Assembly (NCBI GenBank): GCA_964187785.1 | Contig: OZ076410.1 | Location: 30,008,001 to 30,072,000, forward strand | Length of the DNA: 64,000 nt | Source: Amphiscolops sp. MND2022 | Taxonomy: Eukaryota | Reading direction: 5' to 3' | In this document: in pieces, positions 58,502 through 64,000 of the stretch | Numbering within the stretch: position 1 is the stretch's first letter | How the letters are laid out: the number at the start of each line of letters is the position of its first letter | Notes under the pieces: model-generated | Told to the model about the DNA's origin: nothing | The model's database searches: none | What the model saw: the letters and a program-made list of their open reading frames with translations, nothing else | Position numbers and translations under genes: made by a program

Positions 58502-59179
58502 ATGTCGCACAAGGCATTATCGTTTTTGAAGCATAGTCCTTTTGCTTGTGATATCATACAGGTAAAACGAATATTTAAGCGGGAAATTCCCGCAAAGAAA
58601 AGATTTCTTTTGGTTTATTGATTGATTCCACTGGGTAAATGTTAAGAACGGCCCTGTTGGCGCCTAAAATTGATAACCTGGCTGTTTGAATTGGTTGCTA
58701 TTGGTGGGAAAATCACATTGGAAATCTGAAGCCAGGTCGTGTTAAAAGAATACCTGGTGCTTTGCAAACGAATGGACTTAAGTAGTCAAAGTCTTTTTTT
58801 CTCAGACACCTGGGATGAGTAAATGTTTGTGTCCTAACGTTCAAAGACGGTTGGTTTGAGGTGACTGGAAGTGCCAATTGAACCAACTTTTCAAAAACGA
58901 AAAACATCTAGTTATCCTTCACGCCATGCTACTGCGTAGAGCATCAAAAATTGACGAATTTCGAAGTTTGTTTATGCAAGGTTACGGATTGTCGCACAAA
59001 TGTTGATACTAAATCGGTCAGTTATTGACACCAAAAATCTGTACAAAGAACTTAGTTGAAACTTAATGAACAAGACATTGATTAATAATAACATACAATA
59101 CCCACACAAAAGTGTTTTTAGAATGCGTCAACTGAGGTATTAAGGTTTCCTGACAACAATAATTTTCCTGAATCGGGTC

Positions 59180-61080
59180 TAACAAACCAGTAAATTGTAT
59201 GCTTTAGGATGATAAAGATAATACTGCTGTGTATGTAACAAGTACCAAGTAACAAATGGAAAACAGCGTATAAGGCGAAAAATCAGTATCTCTACTGAAA
59301 CCAGTCGACTATTGAACCGTTGCCAGAATAATGGAAAAATGGAAGAACGTTCAGTCAATATTTTCAATTTACCATTTATGGAAAGTATAAGTGACTTCAC
59401 CATTGATGAGAGCGTGAAACACTTTCCCTCCAAAATATCTGTCGATCAATTGTGTTCTCTGTGAAAGATAATCGCTCAAAATGTGAATCGACTATCAGAA
59501 AAGACTAAAAATATCCGTTTGACAAAAAACGCTTCATCTAGGAAAACTGGATCAACTGGATAACATTCTTCTGAAAGATAAAACGAAACTTTACAAAACT
59601 GAATGACAACATAGCAATTTCGAAACCTTTTTTGAGTTTGTAATAAGAATAAAACAGTGATTCAGATAAACAACACTTCATAACAACGAAATGGAACGTA
59701 AAATGTTATCAAGTAGAGAAGACATCCAGTTGCATTTCGAATAGCGTGATTGTTATAGGCGGCTTTATAATTCTTTTCTTGACAAGTGTGGGTAAAAGAT
59801 GAATGATCACAAAGTTCACTCCATGATTGTAATTTTTCACTTCGAACGCGGACAAGACTTTGCAATGTCTTTCCGAGGCTTCCTGTAGCCTAATCAATTG
59901 CTTCGTTTTATTTGTAGGATTTCTGTTGATTTCGGCTTCCTCTCTTTCGGTTCATCTCTGCAGCACTCATCTTCAAAGTGAAACGTAGCTTCTTGATTAG
60001 ATTGGAGCTCTTTCAAAGATTTCTGTATGCGTGAGAGTTTACAATTGACTGAATTACCTGCATCAAAAGATTGAGCTCCCATTTGGACTTTAGCCTCAGT
60101 AGACTAATTCTCCAGTGCATCCACAAACGATGTTATCGTTACCGATTCACTTGGATTAGAACTGCTCAGATTAACAAGATCTGCGCGTAAGTTGCTTGAA
60201 CTTGATTCGGCTGTTGTTGGAATGTGTTTTTTAATCCATCCTACTGTCTCCGTTCCTGTGATTTGTTCTTCTCCGTGTAGACACTTCGGCTAAAAGTGGC
60301 AAATGACCGCTTTTGCAAATAGCTTCTTCTTGTCCCAGGATGGTACATTGAAAAAAATCCAACTTGTCAAAAACGTGTCTCATTCAATCAATTCGCACAC
60401 TTAGAAGAAACGTTCATTGCTCTCCGTTCAAGTTGCTGAATGTCGTTCAAGTTTGATTGGTTGACAAAAGTAACACTCACAAGTCGGGCAATGGAATGTT
60501 AGCTACATCTTAAACGCAACTGTTGTAGCGTAGCAACCTAACAGTATTGGGATGCTTCTGCAGACTCCATCAGAAAAGATCACCCATAAAAGATCCGTCC
60601 ACAATGTCAACATCAAACAAAATAAAATTGATCCCAAAAGAATCTTGCGCTGTCTGTATATCGTTCATGCATTCACCTTGAAAAAAAGTTGCGGACTTGG
60701 CGTTTCTCTTCTCCTTCATGAAGAGCAGAAAAAAGTTACAAGTTCTCTTCTCTAACCTCTTATCTCCGTGCAAAAGTATCGCCAAGGATTTGGAAAAACA
60801 GAAAGTGTCACTTTTGAATACTGTCGTGCTTTGGTTACAAGTCACACAATGAATAAATTGTTCTATCACAAAAAGATCCGGTAGAACTACATTAATACAA
60901 CCCATTGGAATATTCTTTAGTGAAACTGCAAAGACTGTAACATTTTTTAACTTCAAATGCTGCCATTTTTTGTCATCCATTCCGCGAGAACAAGCTGTTT
61001 TGACCTTTTCTGCAGCAAGCACTGAGTTAAATTGCTCCGCGACGTCCCCTATATTCAACAGTTTATAATTCTCTAGCATT
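59180..61080 (-). pseudogene. Decayed pPolB fragment (unit 3)
   Basis: Paralog of units 1 and 2. Confidence 0.65.
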
Positions 61081-64000
61081 GAATTACTTCTTTGAGACTA
61101 AACAAAACGACAGCTTGAGTCCTCGGTATCTTTCATTAAAAAACAGAAAACTACAATGAGCTTAGGTGCGTATTTCAAGTGATCAAGTACGTCATCCAGC
61201 TTGAAATTGAGCTTTTCAACACTGAAATGTTCCATTGAAAAACTCCAGAATTACTATGTGACACAATTTTCATTTCGATGTAACTTTAAGCTTCACATTT
61301 TGGTGCTTCCCAATACTGTATATCAAGTCGGCTTGGATTGCTGTTGAGAAGTTGAAGCAATTGTGACAGTGAATAAAACGAACAGAACATCTTTTTCTAT
61401 GGTGTGCAGAATGCTTTCTTGTTGTTTTTGTCTCATTTTTTGAAGCAAAGCTCTCTCTGGAAGCAACTTCATTGTATAACTGTTAACGGAATAATGGAAA
61501 AATGGCGGCAGGAAAGTGAGTTTTTTTAAACTCTACTTTTTTCGGAAGGTATGGGTCATTGAACCGTAGAAGCAAGATACATCTGCCATGAAAAAAAGGT
61601 AACCTCACACTAGTACCAGCGTTCCGTCTAAAGTGACTGTCAATCATTTTTACTTTCTGTGGAAGTTGGTCACTCAAGTAGAACACGTTCCTTTTAAGTA
61701 ACGCTGCATTGTCCAGGAACATTACGACGCATAACACTTCACATTTTCTGCGGCTCAAAGTTGAGCCGTTTGAACAGTGGAATCCTGGGCCAAACAACAT
61801 ACCTACCGCAGAGAGCTAAACTGGCGGCGCGGAATTCAGGGACTAATACCACAGTGCTTAATTTCTCCCGTTTTCAGTTGACAATGAGGCAAATGAGTGC
61901 AATCCGCTGCATTGGTTAGCTCGAAATCGCGGAATCCGGGGTTGTGACAGCGGATTCCGCAGACTAATGCAAGCAAGTAATAAAACGTTTGTTTTGTGAA
62001 CCGGAATCCGCTGACAGCTGTGCGTGACATCTGTTTCGGGTTGTACGACAGCGGATTCCGCAGACTAATGCTTGTGTGAAGCTTGCTTGCTGCATACCTT
62101 CATCGACGCTAGAACGTTATGAATGGATAACAACGAAGAGTGATTGCGAAGGAGGGATAAAATGAGATTATTTGACGAGCGTTTTTCATTAAATCTAACT
62201 ATCAAGAAAACCTAAATATCTGAATCAGTAATAAATTAAAACTGTATTATATCTTTGTATAGCACGTATCGACTACTATGTTTAAGAATATTGAGATAAA
62301 TCAAATTCTGTATCATAATACCGTGTACCTCGTATCTACTACTCTAGCTCGTAATCTACTACTGTGTCTTGTGTTTAATTGGGTGTTTACTGTTTCTGGG
62401 ATCAAAGTAACTGTGTCTCCATGATGTTTTATAGGCCGACATGTAGTCGACTATTGTCTCTGGGATTACAATTACTGTCTCCATTATATATTACACGCTT
62501 ACATGCTACTAATACTACATGTATTTTTCCTATTAGGTTTCAAAACTTGATTCCAGCAATTAAACAAAAAATACACACAATACAAACAGTACACACACAG
62601 AAAATGCCCATTTTATGACATTCGGTTGCAATTTTCGACGTTTCTGTAAAATATGAGAGCCCATTTCCAGTGTGAAGAAGAGCGCACCGCTATATACTAA
62701 AAAAGGTTTAGAGAAAGTCCTCCCAAGAAAACATTAGTTTGAGCCGTACCTATCACCCCTCACTGTTAAAATGCGTCACGCCTTTTTTTCTCTGCCACGA
62801 AAGTGATATGTGCTCATTTGGCTAACTCGGGAGCTCCGGAGCATCGTGCGAACCTTGTATGTTCTAAACAGCAACCCCACCTTCAACGAAGAGTGACCAG
62901 AAGTTGCACCGCAAGTGAACTCCTTGGACCGAGAAACGTCAAAAAAATGACTTTTCAGAGCCGAATAGAGGCTTTTAAAGCAGGTTTTACACAAAAAACA
63001 GTTGTATTGAAACGGTTGATGCAGTAGTTCAGCAAGCATTCAAAAAGCAAATCGTAGTACATCATCAGGTAATTTTTAACTTTCCATCCAAAGCAGCCAT
63101 TGGACAGTAGGTGGCCCTATTTCGAAAAAAAACCTCTGTATTTCAATTTCAAGCATGTATTTACGCTAAAACAGCGTAGCGCTAGCTTGTCGAATGCTTT
63201 GAATCGTTTTTAAAAGTAGCCGAACACTGTAGTCAACATGTACTCCAGAACATGTATTCAAGAAATTTTGATCTCATCCCGATGACTGGAAAGCAGAGCG
63301 ATTGCCTCTTTTTCAACGCTTGAAAGTGAAAAACTCCAAATCAGCTGATTAAAAGATGCGACGATGGTAGTTGAAATTTGTTTAATCATAATTTAGGGTT
63401 CCACAGTTTCTCCTCATACTCGAACTTCCATGTGGTTCCAATTTTGATTTTTCAGGCATCCGAGACAATTTGTTTTAATTGAACATTTCTACGTGCGTTT
63501 TTCACTGTACTGTTGAGACAAACAAGGTTTCATTTTTATACTGAACTTCAAAACAAATTTTTCATACATTTTGGAAGGAACGCAAGACGGTTCGATGAAA
63601 GTGATTCACTTATCCGTTTTTATTAAAAACACGATTTTGAGGCTAAAAGGCAATCGTTAATTTAGCTAAATGAGAAGTCAGCGCGATTGGCCCTTAAGTT
63701 TAGACAAAATCTGTTTTCTGTCTTCTAACAGCAACATTTGCGAAACAGAAACAAGCAAATTTCTTTTTTGTAGATTTTGTACCCATATCGCTTTGCATCG
63801 GTAATGCGAAAGGATGGACTTCGCGATTTCATTGCCAAGGCGGAAGAAACGTAAAAACGAATCTATTACACCCAATGTCGATGTTAAAATTATGCTTTTA
63901 CAGTCTGCAGTTCAACTTGATTCTATCACTTTTGACCTCGAATGGAGCACCTATTTACCTCAAACTTTTCTGTCAGCTAATCTGTCCACAGAGTGATAGT

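Larger units (their letters stand above)
47950..64000. repeat. Tandem macrosatellite of 5.3-5.7-kb units (~47950-53285, 53286-59016, 59017 to beyond 64000)
   Basis: Markers recur: GTCAGTTATTGACACC at ~47950/53286/59017; MG(I/V)YCF ORF at 51027/56660/62379; M(N/D)F(S/A)ISL ORF at 52462/58108/63814. Confidence 0.93.

Overview
Eukaryotic (metazoan-like), almost entirely mobile-element-derived window; I found no convincing host gene. The centrepiece is a full-length 16,917-bp Maverick/Polinton (adintovirus-like endogenous virus) at 26685-43601. It has AGTAGT...ACTACT termini, 91/92-bp TIRs and a 6-bp TSD (TAGCAC). It carries a packaging ATPase, retroviral-type integrase, minor and major capsid proteins, a pVI/core-like protein, an adenain-like protease and a protein-primed PolB, several disabled by single stops or frameshifts. 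The first gene inside the left TIR encodes a signal-anchored protein. After correcting one extra base it has a complete EGFR-ligand-type EGF motif, so it is a candidate virus-borne growth factor (virokine). The element also has a possible HUH-like ORF, a DEDD exonuclease, a PC4-like protein and an array of ~175-bp palindromic repeats near one end only. It inserted into the second copy of a 4.3-kb tandem duplication, and the first copy keeps the empty site. Left of it are a 5'-defective BEL/Pao element with a long intact pol ORF, a CRE/RLE LINE 3' fragment, MITE/foldback elements and a tRNA-Ser-like sequence. There is also a decayed Gypsy followed by an env-like remnant resembling class III (gB/chuvirus-type) glycoproteins, and a second decayed Gypsy preceded by an SGNH-hydrolase-like ORF. 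From ~47950 to the window end lies a 5.3-5.7-kb tandem macrosatellite containing decayed PolB of a second Maverick-like family. All family assignments come from motif recognition by eye; no database searches were run.
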